A program made the position numbers and the translations under genes. A stretch of DNA of 64,000 nucleotides from Candidatus Dadabacteria bacterium. GTDB taxonomy: Bacteria; Desulfobacterota_D; UBA1144; Nemesobacterales; CSP1-2. The notes below the pieces were generated by a model. That model was not told the DNA's origin, did no database searches, and saw nothing but the letters and a program-made list of their open reading frames with translations. The stretch covers positions 1 to 64,000 of the forward strand of contig CAWDVW010000007.1 of NCBI GenBank assembly GCA_963805855.1, read 5' to 3'. This document shows positions 50,352 through 60,511 of this stretch, in pieces. How positions within the stretch are numbered: the stretch's first letter is position 1; the number at the start of each line of letters is the position of its first letter.

Positions 50352-51452
50352 CTAACTGAACAGATTATTGATGTCATCTATTGAAGCAGGCGGTAGTTTT
50401 GCGACCCGCATGTTTTCTTCGACATGGTTAATTTTGCTCATGCCTACGAGTGCTGACGTAATCCCAGGGGTCGAGCGGACGAATTGTACCGCCCTCTGCG
50501 CATCGGTATCCAGATCTCTTAAGTGTTTCCCTATAAAGTCTGGAAGATTTTGTGTTAGTTGTTTTTGTAATAGAGACGAACTTGCTATAACAGTCACGCC
50601 CAGCCTGCGGGCAGACTCGAGAACAGTCAGCATCTCTCCATCCAGACTCTGATTTCTCAATATCAGAGGTTCCGTCATTGCCAAGTTAAATGGTAGTTGT
50701 ATGACTTTAAAGTGATGCTCTTTCCCAGCAATCTTTTCAGCTAAATGAACGAACTCTGGTAGGGATAAACCGCTATCATGTTTCACTTCCTGTCTATAAC
50801 CGTTCCATGTGGCAGTACCATACATCGTAATTTTTCCATCCGAGACTTTCCTTTCCAAGAGTTCAAAAACATTAACTATGCATTTATTAAATTCTTCCTT
50901 CGAGAGTTCTCGTAGTTGTTCTTCGGGATTATGCAGATAATAAATATCTATCGATTCGAGGCCTAAATTTTCAAGGCTTGTTTCAAGCTGATTGGCGATG
51001 TATGTTGGGGTCATACAATGCATTCCGGATACTATATCATCAAGCGTAGCAATTCCTGGTTCTAAGAAGTTTTCATCGAAGTATTTTCGGATGTCTGGGG
51101 GAGGTTCGGAGTCAAAGGGAATATAACCACCTTTCGTTGCAAGAATCAGTTCATCTCTATGAACGTTCCCCTCATTAAATACAGTTTCAAGGGCGGACCC
51201 TATTGCACGTTCACTCCTTTGGAATCTGTAATTTATTGCGGTGTCGATGTGATTACAACCCAGACCTATTGCATGTTTTAATGCATTTTGATAACTGATG
51301 TCGGTTGCATCGTCATGGTTTCCAAGGTACGAGCCAAAGCCAATGGATGATATCCATAGATCCTGAATCTCTCTAAAGTGGTCATGGCTGACGCGGTCCC
51401 CTAACTTTTCCCTATAGCGAAGAGTCCCCTCTTTCGTAGCGTATTCTTTCAT
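50352..51452 (-). CDS. Aldo/keto reductase
   Basis: 'IDTAINY', 'ILATKGG', 'IDIYYLHNPE', 'IQLPFN', 'ALVGMS...HVEEN'. Confidence 0.9.
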   Translation of the reverse strand: MKEYATKEGTLRYREKLGDRVSHDHFREIQDLWISSIGFGSYLGNHDDATDISYQNALKHAIGLGCNHIDTAINYRFQRSERAIGSALETVFNEGNVHRDELILATKGGYIPFDSEPPPDIRKYFDENFLEPGIATLDDIVSGMHCMTPTYIANQLETSLENLGLESIDIYYLHNPEEQLRELSKEEFNKCIVNVFELLERKVSDGKITMYGTATWNGYRQEVKHDSGLSLPEFVHLAEKIAGKEHHFKVIQLPFNLAMTEPLILRNQSLDGEMLTVLESARRLGVTVIASSSLLQKQLTQNLPDFIGKHLRDLDTDAQRAVQFVRSTPGITSALVGMSKINHVEENMRVAKLPPASIDDINNLFS

Positions 51453-51733
51453 TGTGTCTATTTCATAAAAATTATGAGTCTAAATGAATTGTCAAAGATT
51501 TTTACCAATCTCACGAGATACGACAATATTTATTTCTACATCACCCTACTAACCCATTACCCATTTACAATTTTACAGGAAATTCATAAGGATGAACCTT
51601 TCCCATCTAGATTAGTTTCTTAATCTAGTAACAGTACCATAGGATAGGGCTGATTCTTAAGTTACTTCGCTTTTAAGATGGATTAACCTGATGGAAGTTT
51701 ATGGGTTTTCCCAGCGAGGAACTTCTTAAAGCT

Positions 51734-51937
51734 TCAGTTAACCTTAGTAACGTTGCTGGCTTGGAGTCCTTTTGGGCCTTGAGTCACTTCAAACTCAACC
51801 TCATCGCCTTCAACTAGGGACTTGAATCCGGATGACTGAATTTCGCTGTAATGAACGAAAACATCATCACCGCCGTCCTGCTCTATAAATCCAAAGCCTT
51901 TGGATTCGTTAAACCACTTGACTTTACCTTTACTCAA
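51734..51937 (-). CDS. cspA: Cold-shock protein
   Basis: '[15 protein letters not shown]', 'DVFVHYS', 'GPKGLQA.NV'. Confidence 0.95.
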   Translation of the reverse strand: MSKGKVKWFNESKGFGFIEQDGGDDVFVHYSEIQSSGFKSLVEGDEVEFEVTQGPKGLQASNVTKVN

Positions 51938-52120
51938 AATAATGTCTCCTTAAAATGAATCTGATAAAGCATACATCTCTTTATAAGTTTGTCAAATTAT
52001 TGATCTCGTGGGAGCAAGTATGACGTCGTAATTTCTATTGACAGATAAACTACGACTATATAGCCTAATTAACACTTAAAGTTTTATTTGAGATCTTAAA
52101 TCCGAGGAGGTATTCGAATT

Positions 52121-52642
52121 ATGGCACAGGAAAGGCCTGGAGCTGTAAAAATGAAAGGAAATCCTGTTACTTTATTGGGTCCAGAAATAAAGGTTGGTGA
52201 CAAGGCTCCGGAGTTCAATGCGATTGAAGCCTTGGGTTCTCCCCCGGTCACATTGGATAGTCTGAAGGGAAAGGTAAAAGTATTTAATGTTGTAGTGTCG
52301 GTTGACACACCTGTCTGTGATGTTCAAACAAAACGCTTCAATCAAGAGGCGGCAAGCCTTCCGGGAGATGTGGAAATTCTTACAGTCAGTGTGGATCTTC
52401 CATTTGCACTGAAGCGTTATTGCGGGGCGGCAGGAATTGATAAGGTAAGAACAATTTCCGATTATCGCGATGCGAATTTTGGGGAGGCTTATGGAGTATT
52501 GATGAAGGAAAATCGGCTTCTAGCTAGAGCCGTCTTTGTAGTAGATAAGAATGATACAGTTCAGTATGCCGAATATGTTGATGAAGTGACGCACGAGCCA
52601 AACTACGACGGAGCGCTTGCCGCGATCAAGAAGGTCGCTTAG
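52121..52642 (+). CDS. tpx: Thiol peroxidase
   Basis: 'SVDTPVCDVQTKRFN', 'SVDLPFALKRYC', 'LARAVFV', 'EPNYD'. Confidence 0.95.
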   Translation: MAQERPGAVKMKGNPVTLLGPEIKVGDKAPEFNAIEALGSPPVTLDSLKGKVKVFNVVVSVDTPVCDVQTKRFNQEAASLPGDVEILTVSVDLPFALKRYCGAAGIDKVRTISDYRDANFGEAYGVLMKENRLLARAVFVVDKNDTVQYAEYVDEVTHEPNYDGALAAIKKVA

Positions 52643-52793
52643 CATTCGCTCATTATTTATCACCGTGACCCCCTGCATCTAAGGGTTCAATCGATCCTCT
52701 TTCAAATGTAGGATTATGCTCGGGGCTTTTTAATTTATTAATTCTTGGTGTATCATTAAAAGAGATAAATGAGCATACAAAGGAGAGAATGTC

Positions 52794-53360
52794 ATGGGAC
52801 TTGGAGACATGTTGTCAAAGATATTTAATACTGAAGGTGTTAAAGATCCAAAATCTGGGGAACGGGACACTTCCGTACCTCACGATGAAAATATCGGCGA
52901 TAAGAAAGGCGGGCCCTCAGAAGAAATTGATTTAAAAGGCGGACCCGTCGTGAGTAATGAGGGAAACCTGAGTTCCTCGGCAAACGTAAAAAACGAAGGT
53001 GGATCCGTGAGCGAATCCGAAGGGTCCAAGGGGGATTCGACTGATCAAGGTTCAACTCCTGCCGAGGTTACCGAGGAAACTGTCTTAGAGGTGCTGAGTG
53101 GCGTATACGACCCAGAGATTCCCATAGATATTGTAAATTTGGGCCTTATATATGGTGTCGATTTAGAAGATGGAAATGTTCATGTAAAAATGACGATGAC
53201 TGCTCCCGGATGTCCATCTTCTGCAGAAATAGCGGCAGAAGCAAAGATTCTTATCGAAGAGCTACCGGGAGTGAAATCCGCTAGTATTGAGATTGTTTGG
53301 GATCCGCCATGGGACCCCAGCAGGATGAGTGAAGACGCAAGGCAGAGTATGGGTTTTTAG
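52794..53360 (+). CDS. DUF59/MIP18 (SufT-like) Fe-S assembly protein with an acidic low-complexity N-terminal extension
   Basis: 'VYDPEIPIDIVNLGLIY', 'MTMTAPGCP', 'VWDPPWDP.RMS'. Confidence 0.9.
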   Translation: MGLGDMLSKIFNTEGVKDPKSGERDTSVPHDENIGDKKGGPSEEIDLKGGPVVSNEGNLSSSANVKNEGGSVSESEGSKGDSTDQGSTPAEVTEETVLEVLSGVYDPEIPIDIVNLGLIYGVDLEDGNVHVKMTMTAPGCPSSAEIAAEAKILIEELPGVKSASIEIVWDPPWDPSRMSEDARQSMGF

Positions 53361-53364
53361 TCAT

Positions 53365-53449
53365 GATGCATGATACACGATGCATGATCCATGATGAAAA
53401 ACGGAAGTAGAGACTTTAATTGCGCATCCTGCATCGTGAATCCTGTATC
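53365..53449. repeat. Inverted heptamer-array hairpin
   Basis: 5 GATRCAN-type units (53365-53399), a loop, then 4 complementary units (53422-53449). Confidence 0.75.
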
Positions 53450-53521
53450 CGTGTTGTAAATCATGCGTAAGTTCCTAAACGCAATCTAGCGTTTCTTACT
53501 AATTGGTTGTAATCTCTCAAA

Positions 53522-54259
53522 ATGTCCAATTCCCCGAAAGGAATCTTTGTTACCGGAACAGATACCGGCGTTGGTAAGACTGTGGTGTCAGCGATAATCG
53601 CCTGGACGCTGCAGCAATCCGGTAAAAGGGTTGCGGTGATGAAGTCAGTCCAAACGGGTGCTGGCGAAGATGGACTATTGGATATAGAGTTTATCCAAAA
53701 AGTTATGGGGACTAACTATTCACTGGACGTGGTTTGTCCGTACAGATTTCCACTTCCACTCGCACCTCTGGTTGCCGCGAAATTAGCGGGAGAACGAATT
53801 GACGTTGACAGAATCAAGTCCGCTTATTTTGATCTAAGCTCACTGAACGATATAGTGATTGTGGAGGGAGCCGGCGGTTTACTTGTTCCTATAACAGAGA
53901 GCTATTTCATGTCTGATTTAGCAAATGATTTAGAGCTTGGTCTCATAATCGTAACTAGGCCGGGGCTTGGAACCTTGAACCACACTCTCCTTACCCTTGA
54001 GCATGCGAGATCGCGTGGCCTAAACATATTGGGACTTGTTATCAATAACTTTCCTGATAGTCCTACCCTGGCAGAAAGAAAGAATCCTGAGTTACTACTT
54101 ATACTTACAGGGGAGAAGATTTTAGGTGTAATTCATCATGATCAGGAGATCAGCGTAGAAAGGGGAAATATAGGTAATCTCATCGAGATGTCAGGAACCG
54201 CGTTAACAGACGATCTTGGGGGGACATTCTTAGTAGAGGATTTTATCTCAAGGCTTTGA
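53522..54259 (+). CDS. bioD: Dethiobiotin synthase
   Basis: 'FVTGTDTGVGKT', 'K.VQTG', 'VEGAGGLLVP', 'LGTLNHTLLT'. Confidence 0.95.
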   Translation: MSNSPKGIFVTGTDTGVGKTVVSAIIAWTLQQSGKRVAVMKSVQTGAGEDGLLDIEFIQKVMGTNYSLDVVCPYRFPLPLAPLVAAKLAGERIDVDRIKSAYFDLSSLNDIVIVEGAGGLLVPITESYFMSDLANDLELGLIIVTRPGLGTLNHTLLTLEHARSRGLNILGLVINNFPDSPTLAERKNPELLLILTGEKILGVIHHDQEISVERGNIGNLIEMSGTALTDDLGGTFLVEDFISRL

Positions 54260-54542
54260 TTTTTTCTCTATTGGATTACGCAAAAAATAAATAAGCCATA
54301 GGCGATCGTTCAGGCGTCTCAAAATTCATTTGACAGGGATAAGGACGAAAACCGCATACTGCAAAAATGTTATCGCAGTTGTTTTGTGTTTAGATCAATA
54401 TTTTGTTTATAGTTACCACCTTGCAATGATTTCCTCTCGAAAAAACTTGACAGAATATGTCGATATGATATACATACTATCCGTTTGTTTAATTCTAGCT
54501 CTTAACTTTCCATCGAAAACGTTTCAGAATTAAGGCAAACAG

Positions 54543-55109
54543 ATGAAAAAATGGCTCAATTTTACATCCGTTCCTATACTTGCAGTTGTCATGCTGCTAA
54601 TCTTTTGCCATTATTCTGCTGAGAGCAGGGCTCAGGGGCCATCTCAACCTATATTTTTTAGTCATAAAATCCATGCCGGAGATAACGAGATTCCTTGCCA
54701 GTACTGTCATAGCTATGTTGAAATTTCAACTATTCCCGGCATTCCTTCGGATCAAAAGTGCATTGGATGCCACCTTTTTATCATAGGTAAGGATGAGGAT
54801 TATAAGTATGATGGTGGATCGATTAATATTAAGAATGAGATCGAAAAGGTAAAGGGTTACTGGGATCGAAATGAACCGATTCCATGGGTGAAAGTCACAT
54901 TTGTGCCAGACTTTGTTCATTTTAATCATAAGCGCCATATACGCCGTGAAATAGAATGCAAGGTTTGTCATGGTGAGGTTCAAACTATGGATGTACTTTA
55001 TCAGGCGTACAAGTTTAGCATGGGTTTTTGTATAACTTGTCATGTGGAAAAGGCTAAAGACGCTCAGGAATTGACTATGCTTAAGGATTGTTTGACCTGT
55101 CATTATTAA
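54543..55109 (+). CDS. actA: Alternative complex III pentaheme cytochrome c subunit
   Basis: 'QPIFFSHKIHAG', five CxxCH motifs (CQYCH, CIGCH, CKVCH, CITCH, CLTCH), 'PDFVHFNHKRH'. Confidence 0.88.
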   Translation: MKKWLNFTSVPILAVVMLLIFCHYSAESRAQGPSQPIFFSHKIHAGDNEIPCQYCHSYVEISTIPGIPSDQKCIGCHLFIIGKDEDYKYDGGSINIKNEIEKVKGYWDRNEPIPWVKVTFVPDFVHFNHKRHIRREIECKVCHGEVQTMDVLYQAYKFSMGFCITCHVEKAKDAQELTMLKDCLTCHY

Positions 55110-55121
55110 TTTGGAGGAAAA

Positions 55122-58097
55122 ATGCCGGAGAAGAAAGAGGGAGGCAATAGCGGTATTAAAAGAAGGGATTTTCTAAAGATAATTGGCGTTGCGGGAGGAA
55201 CGGCGGCTGCTACAGGTTGCTCGTCTGACCCCGTCGAACAGTTAATCCCGTTTGTTATTCCCCCATATGGCATAATTCCGGGTGTTCCCAACTGGTATGC
55301 TACAACCTGTAGAGAATGCCCAGCGGGTTGTGGAGCCCTTGTCAAAAATCGTGAAGGGAGAGCGATCAAGGTCGAAGGAAATCCCAAGAGCACTATTAGT
55401 TACGGTAAAACATGTGCAAGAGGTCAAGCTGCTCTTCAAGGGCTTTACGATCCTGACCGTATTCGTTCGCCCCTTTTGAAGAACTCTTCGGGCAAGCTGC
55501 AACCCTTGGGGTGGGAACAAGCTGAAAAGGTTTTGCTGGATAAAATTCAAGAGCTGCTTGATCAGGGCAGGGCTAACAAGATCGTTTTTATGACAAACAA
55601 TATTTCAGGGACTCTTAACGATCTCATAGATGAATGGATGAATGCGCTTGGCGGGGGCAAACATATAGTTTATGAAACCTTTGCCCATGAACCTATTAAA
55701 GAAGCAAATAGGATTACATTCGGGATCGAGAGTATCCCATCCTACCAGATTGAGAGAGCTAATTACCTGCTTTCATTTGGCTCAGACTTCATTGAGACAT
55801 GGCTTTCACCTGTAGAGTTTGCCAATAAGTTTAGTCAGGTGCACAGCTACAAGGATAAAAGCAAGAGTATGGGCAAGTTTGTTCAAGTTGAACCGAGATC
55901 CTCGATAACAGCATCGAGTGCCGATCATTGGGTAGCCATCAAGCCGGGGACTGAGGGATTGCTTGCCCTAGGGATTGCAAATTTGATCTTAGATAGTGGC
56001 AGGGCCTCGATATCGGGTGGAGAAGCCACCAGGCTTAAAAATCTCGTTGGCTCCTATACTCTTGATAAAGTTTCTACAATTTGCGATATACCGAAAGATA
56101 CCATAGTTGAAATTGCAAAGGATTTTGTTGACTTAACTCCCAGCCTTGCGATCGGAGGAGGGGCTGCGTATACAACTACTAATGCAACACAGACCATTTG
56201 CGCAATAAATATACTAAACTATGTTGGGGGTAACATAGGTAATACGGTTAACTTTGGAGATACTCTTACCATCGCTAATGCGAATTCATTCGGCGAGATT
56301 ACATCCCTCGTGGAGTCGATGAAGAACGGAGATGTTGAGCTTCTTTTTGTTTACAATGTTAACCCCGTATTTACCTTGCCCGAAGTTTTGGAGTTCGAAG
56401 AAGCAATAAAGAAAGTTCCCTTTGTCGCGAGTTTTTCGAGCTTTATGGATGAAACAACAGAGCATGCCAATATTATTCTTCCTGACAACACACCGCTCGA
56501 AAGCTGGGGTGACTACGTTCCGAAGAAAAGTGTTTATGGATTGATCCAGCCGACAATGAGTCCCGTTTTTAATACTAAATCCACCGGAGACTCGATTATA
56601 TCTATTACGAAAAAAGTCAACGGACTTGAGACTCATTTCACCGCGAATAACTTCTATGAATACCTGAAAGAGTCGTGGAAGAAGATTCATTCAGGGGTTG
56701 CTCCACCAAAGGATTTCGAAACGTTCTGGGTTGAAGCCTTACAGAATGGAGGGGTTTTTAGGGAGCTTCCTGCATCGCAGGTTACATTGACCGATGAGGC
56801 TTATAGCACGGATTTCTCGGATCTTGAGCAAGAGATAGAAGGCGATGGAGAATTGTATTTTATACCTTTCCCGTCATATAGATATTATGATGGACGGGGG
56901 GCAAATAAGCCTTGGTTACAGGAGCTTCCTGATGCCCTAACGACCGCAGTGTGGGATTCATGGGTTGAAATCCATCCTGATACTGCCGGTAAAATGGGGA
57001 TAAGGGAGGGTGACTTTATCTCAGTTGAATCAGCATACGGTAGGATTGATACTCAAGCCTATATATATAAAGGTATCAGGCCCGATACAATTGCCGTTCC
57101 GCTTGGGTTAGGTCACAAGAGCTACGGCAGATATGCGAAAGGCCGTGGCGTGAGTCCCCTCAAGATCCTGCCCGCTGCTAAAGATAAGGACTCTGGAGGA
57201 TTTGCATGGCTCTCCACAAAGGTCGATGTGTCCAAAACCGGAAAGAGGCAGCAGTTGGTAAGGACGCAATACACTACTACTCAACATGACCGCAATATAG
57301 CATTGGCGGCCACCCTATCCGGGCTTAGGACGAACGGCGGAGAGCATCATCAAGGGCATGATGATGTGGATCTGTATCCACCCCGGAAATATCTAGCCCA
57401 CCGCTGGGGAATGTCAATCGACCTATCGAAGTGTACTGGTTGTGGGGCATGTGTTACCGCCTGTTACGCGGAAAATAATGTGCCTTTTGTTGGCAAGGAA
57501 CAGGTTGCAAGAAGGCGTGAGATGTCCTGGATCAGGATCGAAAGATATTATGAGGAAAAGGATATCAATCAGGGGTTCAATACCAGATTCATACCGATGC
57601 TATGTCAGCAATGCGGCAACGCGCCGTGTGAGCCTGTATGCCCGGTCTATGCTACCTACCATAACCCTGAAGGTTTAAACGCAATGATATACAACCGCTG
57701 TGTAGGTACTCGGTACTGTTCGAATAACTGTACTTATTCTGTCAGGAGGTTTAATTGGTTTACTTACCAGTGGCCACAGCCCCTGAACTGGCAGCTTAAC
57801 CCGGACGTCACTGTTCGCACGAAGGGGGTTATGGAGAAGTGCACTTTTTGTGTCCAGAGAATTAAATACGTAGAAAATATTGCCAAGGATGAGAATAGGG
57901 ATGTCAGGGATGGTGAGATAACCCCGGCATGTGCACAGGCTTGTCCTACTGAAGCCATCGTATTTGGTGATCTGAAAGATGATAACAGCAGGGTATCTCA
58001 ACTCTCAAATGAGGCGAGGGGTTATAAGGTGTTGTCGCATCTAAATACACAACCATCGATAACATATCTAAAAAAGGTTTACTGGGACAAAGCATAA
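55122..58097 (+). CDS. actB: Alternative complex III subunit B (molybdopterin-oxidoreductase-like domain fused to an Fe-S domain)
   Basis: Tat signal 'KRRDFLK', 'EGRAIKVEGNP', 'ANKPWLQELPD', 'CTGCGAC..AC', 'CQQC..APC..VCP', 'RCVGTRYC.NNC', 'GVMEKCTFC'. Confidence 0.9.
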   Translation: MPEKKEGGNSGIKRRDFLKIIGVAGGTAAATGCSSDPVEQLIPFVIPPYGIIPGVPNWYATTCRECPAGCGALVKNREGRAIKVEGNPKSTISYGKTCARGQAALQGLYDPDRIRSPLLKNSSGKLQPLGWEQAEKVLLDKIQELLDQGRANKIVFMTNNISGTLNDLIDEWMNALGGGKHIVYETFAHEPIKEANRITFGIESIPSYQIERANYLLSFGSDFIETWLSPVEFANKFSQVHSYKDKSKSMGKFVQVEPRSSITASSADHWVAIKPGTEGLLALGIANLILDSGRASISGGEATRLKNLVGSYTLDKVSTICDIPKDTIVEIAKDFVDLTPSLAIGGGAAYTTTNATQTICAINILNYVGGNIGNTVNFGDTLTIANANSFGEITSLVESMKNGDVELLFVYNVNPVFTLPEVLEFEEAIKKVPFVASFSSFMDETTEHANIILPDNTPLESWGDYVPKKSVYGLIQPTMSPVFNTKSTGDSIISITKKVNGLETHFTANNFYEYLKESWKKIHSGVAPPKDFETFWVEALQNGGVFRELPASQVTLTDEAYSTDFSDLEQEIEGDGELYFIPFPSYRYYDGRGANKPWLQELPDALTTAVWDSWVEIHPDTAGKMGIREGDFISVESAYGRIDTQAYIYKGIRPDTIAVPLGLGHKSYGRYAKGRGVSPLKILPAAKDKDSGGFAWLSTKVDVSKTGKRQQLVRTQYTTTQHDRNIALAATLSGLRTNGGEHHQGHDDVDLYPPRKYLAHRWGMSIDLSKCTGCGACVTACYAENNVPFVGKEQVARRREMSWIRIERYYEEKDINQGFNTRFIPMLCQQCGNAPCEPVCPVYATYHNPEGLNAMIYNRCVGTRYCSNNCTYSVRRFNWFTYQWPQPLNWQLNPDVTVRTKGVMEKCTFCVQRIKYVENIAKDENRDVRDGEITPACAQACPTEAIVFGDLKDDNSRVSQLSNEARGYKVLSHLNTQPSITYLKKVYWDKA

Positions 58098-59431
58098 TGA
58101 GCCGTGAATCAACCTTAACTTATTCAAAGGTAAATGAAGACATAATCAGGATGCTTGATAAGCCCACCTTTAAGTGGGTCGCTTTATTTATTCCCACATT
58201 GGGGTGCGTTGGTTTTGGCCTATTCTGTTTTCTTTACCAGGTTTATAGCGGACTGGGAGTTGCTGGCTACAGACATCCGGTATTTTGGGGAGTCTATATA
58301 ACGAATTTTGTCTTTTGGGTTGGAATCGCACATTCTGGAACCCTTATATCCGCGATCCTCTATTTATTCCGAGCAAGATTCAGGATGTCAATTTATCGAA
58401 TAGCAGAGGCGATGACAGTTTTTGCAGTTCTCACGGCAGGTCTCTTTCCAATAATTCACCTAGGACGTGCCTGGAATTTTTACTGGCTCTTTCCTTATCC
58501 GAATCAGCGGGAACTCTGGATCAATTTTAAGTCTCCATTGATCTGGGATGTCTTTGCTGTCAGCACATATTTGACAGTGAGCGCTATTTTCTTTTTTGTG
58601 GGAATGATACCGGACATAGCGGCAATCAGGGATAGGGTAAGAGAAGTTCCTCGAAAAATTATCTACACTATCTTATCGCTGGGATGGAAGGGTTCCAACT
58701 GGGAGTGGTTACACTACACCAGGGCTTATCTGTTTTTCGCGGCTTTTGCTACGCCCCTCGTTCTTTCGGTTCATAGCGTCGTGTCCTGGGACTTCGCGAT
58801 GGCGGACCTTCCGGGTTGGCATACAACAATCTTTGCCCCATATTTCGTTGCAGGTGCTATTTTTTCAGGTCTTGCACTCGTAATTTCTCTGGCAGTTCCC
58901 ATAAGAAAGCTATTTCATCTAGAGGAGTACATTACCCTAGATAATTTTGAAGGAATGGCAAAACTTATCATTTTTACGTCGATGATTGTTACCTATGCAT
59001 ATGCTGCAGAATTTTTACTGGCCTGGTACAGTGGGAATCCTGCTGAATGGGGACAGTTTAAATACAGGGCAACCGGTGATTATGCGCTTTTCTACTGGAT
59101 TATGGTCTTTTGTAATTCTGCTGTACCAATCCTTCTCTGGTTTAAGGGTATAAGGAGAAATATTAAAGCCCTGTTTGTAATCTCGTTATTCATTAATATT
59201 GGCATGTGGTTTGAAAGGTTCAATATAATAGTGATCTCACTATCGCATGGGTTCGAGCCGGGTGCCTGGGGTATTTATAAGCCTACTTGGGTTGAAATGG
59301 GAATCACCGTCGGCAGCTTTGCCTGGTTTTTCATGTTCTTCCTTATTTTCATAAAAACACTACCTGCTATCTCTATTGCCGAGATGAAAGAAATACTTCC
59401 AGTCCCAAAGAAGGAGGCAGGACCACGATGA
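58097..59431 (+). CDS. actC: Alternative complex III subunit C (NrfD/PsrC family)
   Basis: 'WGVYITNFVFWVGIAHSGTLISAIL', 'IHLGR', 'SPLIWDVFAV', 'SVHSVVSWDFA', 'GMWFERF'. Confidence 0.93.
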   Translation: MSRESTLTYSKVNEDIIRMLDKPTFKWVALFIPTLGCVGFGLFCFLYQVYSGLGVAGYRHPVFWGVYITNFVFWVGIAHSGTLISAILYLFRARFRMSIYRIAEAMTVFAVLTAGLFPIIHLGRAWNFYWLFPYPNQRELWINFKSPLIWDVFAVSTYLTVSAIFFFVGMIPDIAAIRDRVREVPRKIIYTILSLGWKGSNWEWLHYTRAYLFFAAFATPLVLSVHSVVSWDFAMADLPGWHTTIFAPYFVAGAIFSGLALVISLAVPIRKLFHLEEYITLDNFEGMAKLIIFTSMIVTYAYAAEFLLAWYSGNPAEWGQFKYRATGDYALFYWIMVFCNSAVPILLWFKGIRRNIKALFVISLFINIGMWFERFNIIVISLSHGFEPGAWGIYKPTWVEMGITVGSFAWFFMFFLIFIKTLPAISIAEMKEILPVPKKEAGPR

Positions 59432-59940
59432 AGCCTGATCAGGGTGTGGTTGGAATTTATAGCTATTTGGATACAACTATCGAAACTGTAAAGAACCTTC
59501 GGACAGCAGGTTTTAAGAACTTTCGTGTTTTTTCACCATTCCCTTGTCATGAGTTGGAGGAGGCACTTGACCAACCGGAGAGTATAGTTCGCTTCTTTAC
59601 ATTGGGTGGTGCCTTGCTTGGTGCTATCTGTGGTTTTTCATTTACCATACTCACATCGACGGCTTGGCCGTTAAGTGTAAGCGCAAAACCCATCGTATCT
59701 ATTCCTCCATACATGGTTATTGTTTTCGAACTTACGGTCTTAATTGGGGCTCTTTCAACTTTATTAGGTCTCCTGATAAATTCCCGATTGAGGCGTAACG
59801 TACCAAGGGGTGTTTATGACTCGAGATTCTCGGAGGACAAGTTTGGGGTTGTGGTGGCTTGTTATAAGCATAATATACCGAAAGTCGAAGAGATTATGAA
59901 ATCATCGGGGGCGGAAGAAATTCGACTCGAGGGTATATGA
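59428..59940 (+). CDS. actD: Alternative complex III subunit D (DUF3341)
   Basis: 'FSPFPCH', two TM helices, 'FELTVL', 'YDSRFSEDKF'. Confidence 0.88.
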   Translation: MKPDQGVVGIYSYLDTTIETVKNLRTAGFKNFRVFSPFPCHELEEALDQPESIVRFFTLGGALLGAICGFSFTILTSTAWPLSVSAKPIVSIPPYMVIVFELTVLIGALSTLLGLLINSRLRRNVPRGVYDSRFSEDKFGVVVACYKHNIPKVEEIMKSSGAEEIRLEGI

Positions 59941-59973
59941 AATAGGTTATAAGTTGTTGGAGGTGATTCTGTT

Positions 59974-60489
59974 TTGTTTGATGGTTTAAAGTTTTATTTT
60001 TTACCAATAATCCTGCTGATCGTTGTTTCCGCAACGGAACCAGTATTTGGTTGGCCATGGTCGACGGATATGATGTATCAACCCTCCATTAAACCCTATG
60101 AAGAGCCACTTCCCTATCCTGACCTGTCAATTACGAGTAAAGGAATAAGGGTGGACCCGCTAGTCCCAAGAGAGGTATTTGAAGAAATGACTGTGAATCC
60201 GGTAAGCCCCGATAAGGCTTCGCTGGAAAAAGGCGGGCTGCTTTTTAAGAACTTCTGCGCACCCTGTCATGGACCGGAGGGGAAGGGCGATGGTCCGGTG
60301 GTGAAAAAGGGGTTTTACCCCGTCAACCTTACAGCGCCACTTACCCAGGGCAGAACGGATGGCTATATATATGCTCAAATTAGGTTTGGCGGCAAGGTGA
60401 TGATGCCAAGTTATCGTGAAAGCGTCAGCGAGCAGGACGCATGGGACGCAGTAAATTATGTGAGAAAACTTCAGGGGAAACTTAAATAG
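59974..60489 (+). CDS. actE: Alternative complex III monoheme cytochrome c subunit
   Basis: GGAGGTGA RBS + TTG; 'DMMYQPSIKPYE', CAPCH, 'MMPSY', 'W..VNYVRKLQ'. Confidence 0.88.
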   Translation: MFDGLKFYFLPIILLIVVSATEPVFGWPWSTDMMYQPSIKPYEEPLPYPDLSITSKGIRVDPLVPREVFEEMTVNPVSPDKASLEKGGLLFKNFCAPCHGPEGKGDGPVVKKGFYPVNLTAPLTQGRTDGYIYAQIRFGGKVMMPSYRESVSEQDAWDAVNYVRKLQGKLK

Positions 60490-60511
60490 CGTAGAGGAGA
60501 ATTTCCTATTA

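Noticed and set aside
51607-51628. Perfect inverted repeat CTAGATTA-N6-TAATCTAG between csp and the aldo/keto reductase
   Set aside because: A single AT-rich occurrence with no U-tract or second copy; I cannot tell an operator from chance.
54330-54533. 67-aa ORF upstream of actA
   Set aside because: TTG start without an RBS in an AT-rich, promoter-like region (TTGACA at 54447); more likely regulatory DNA.
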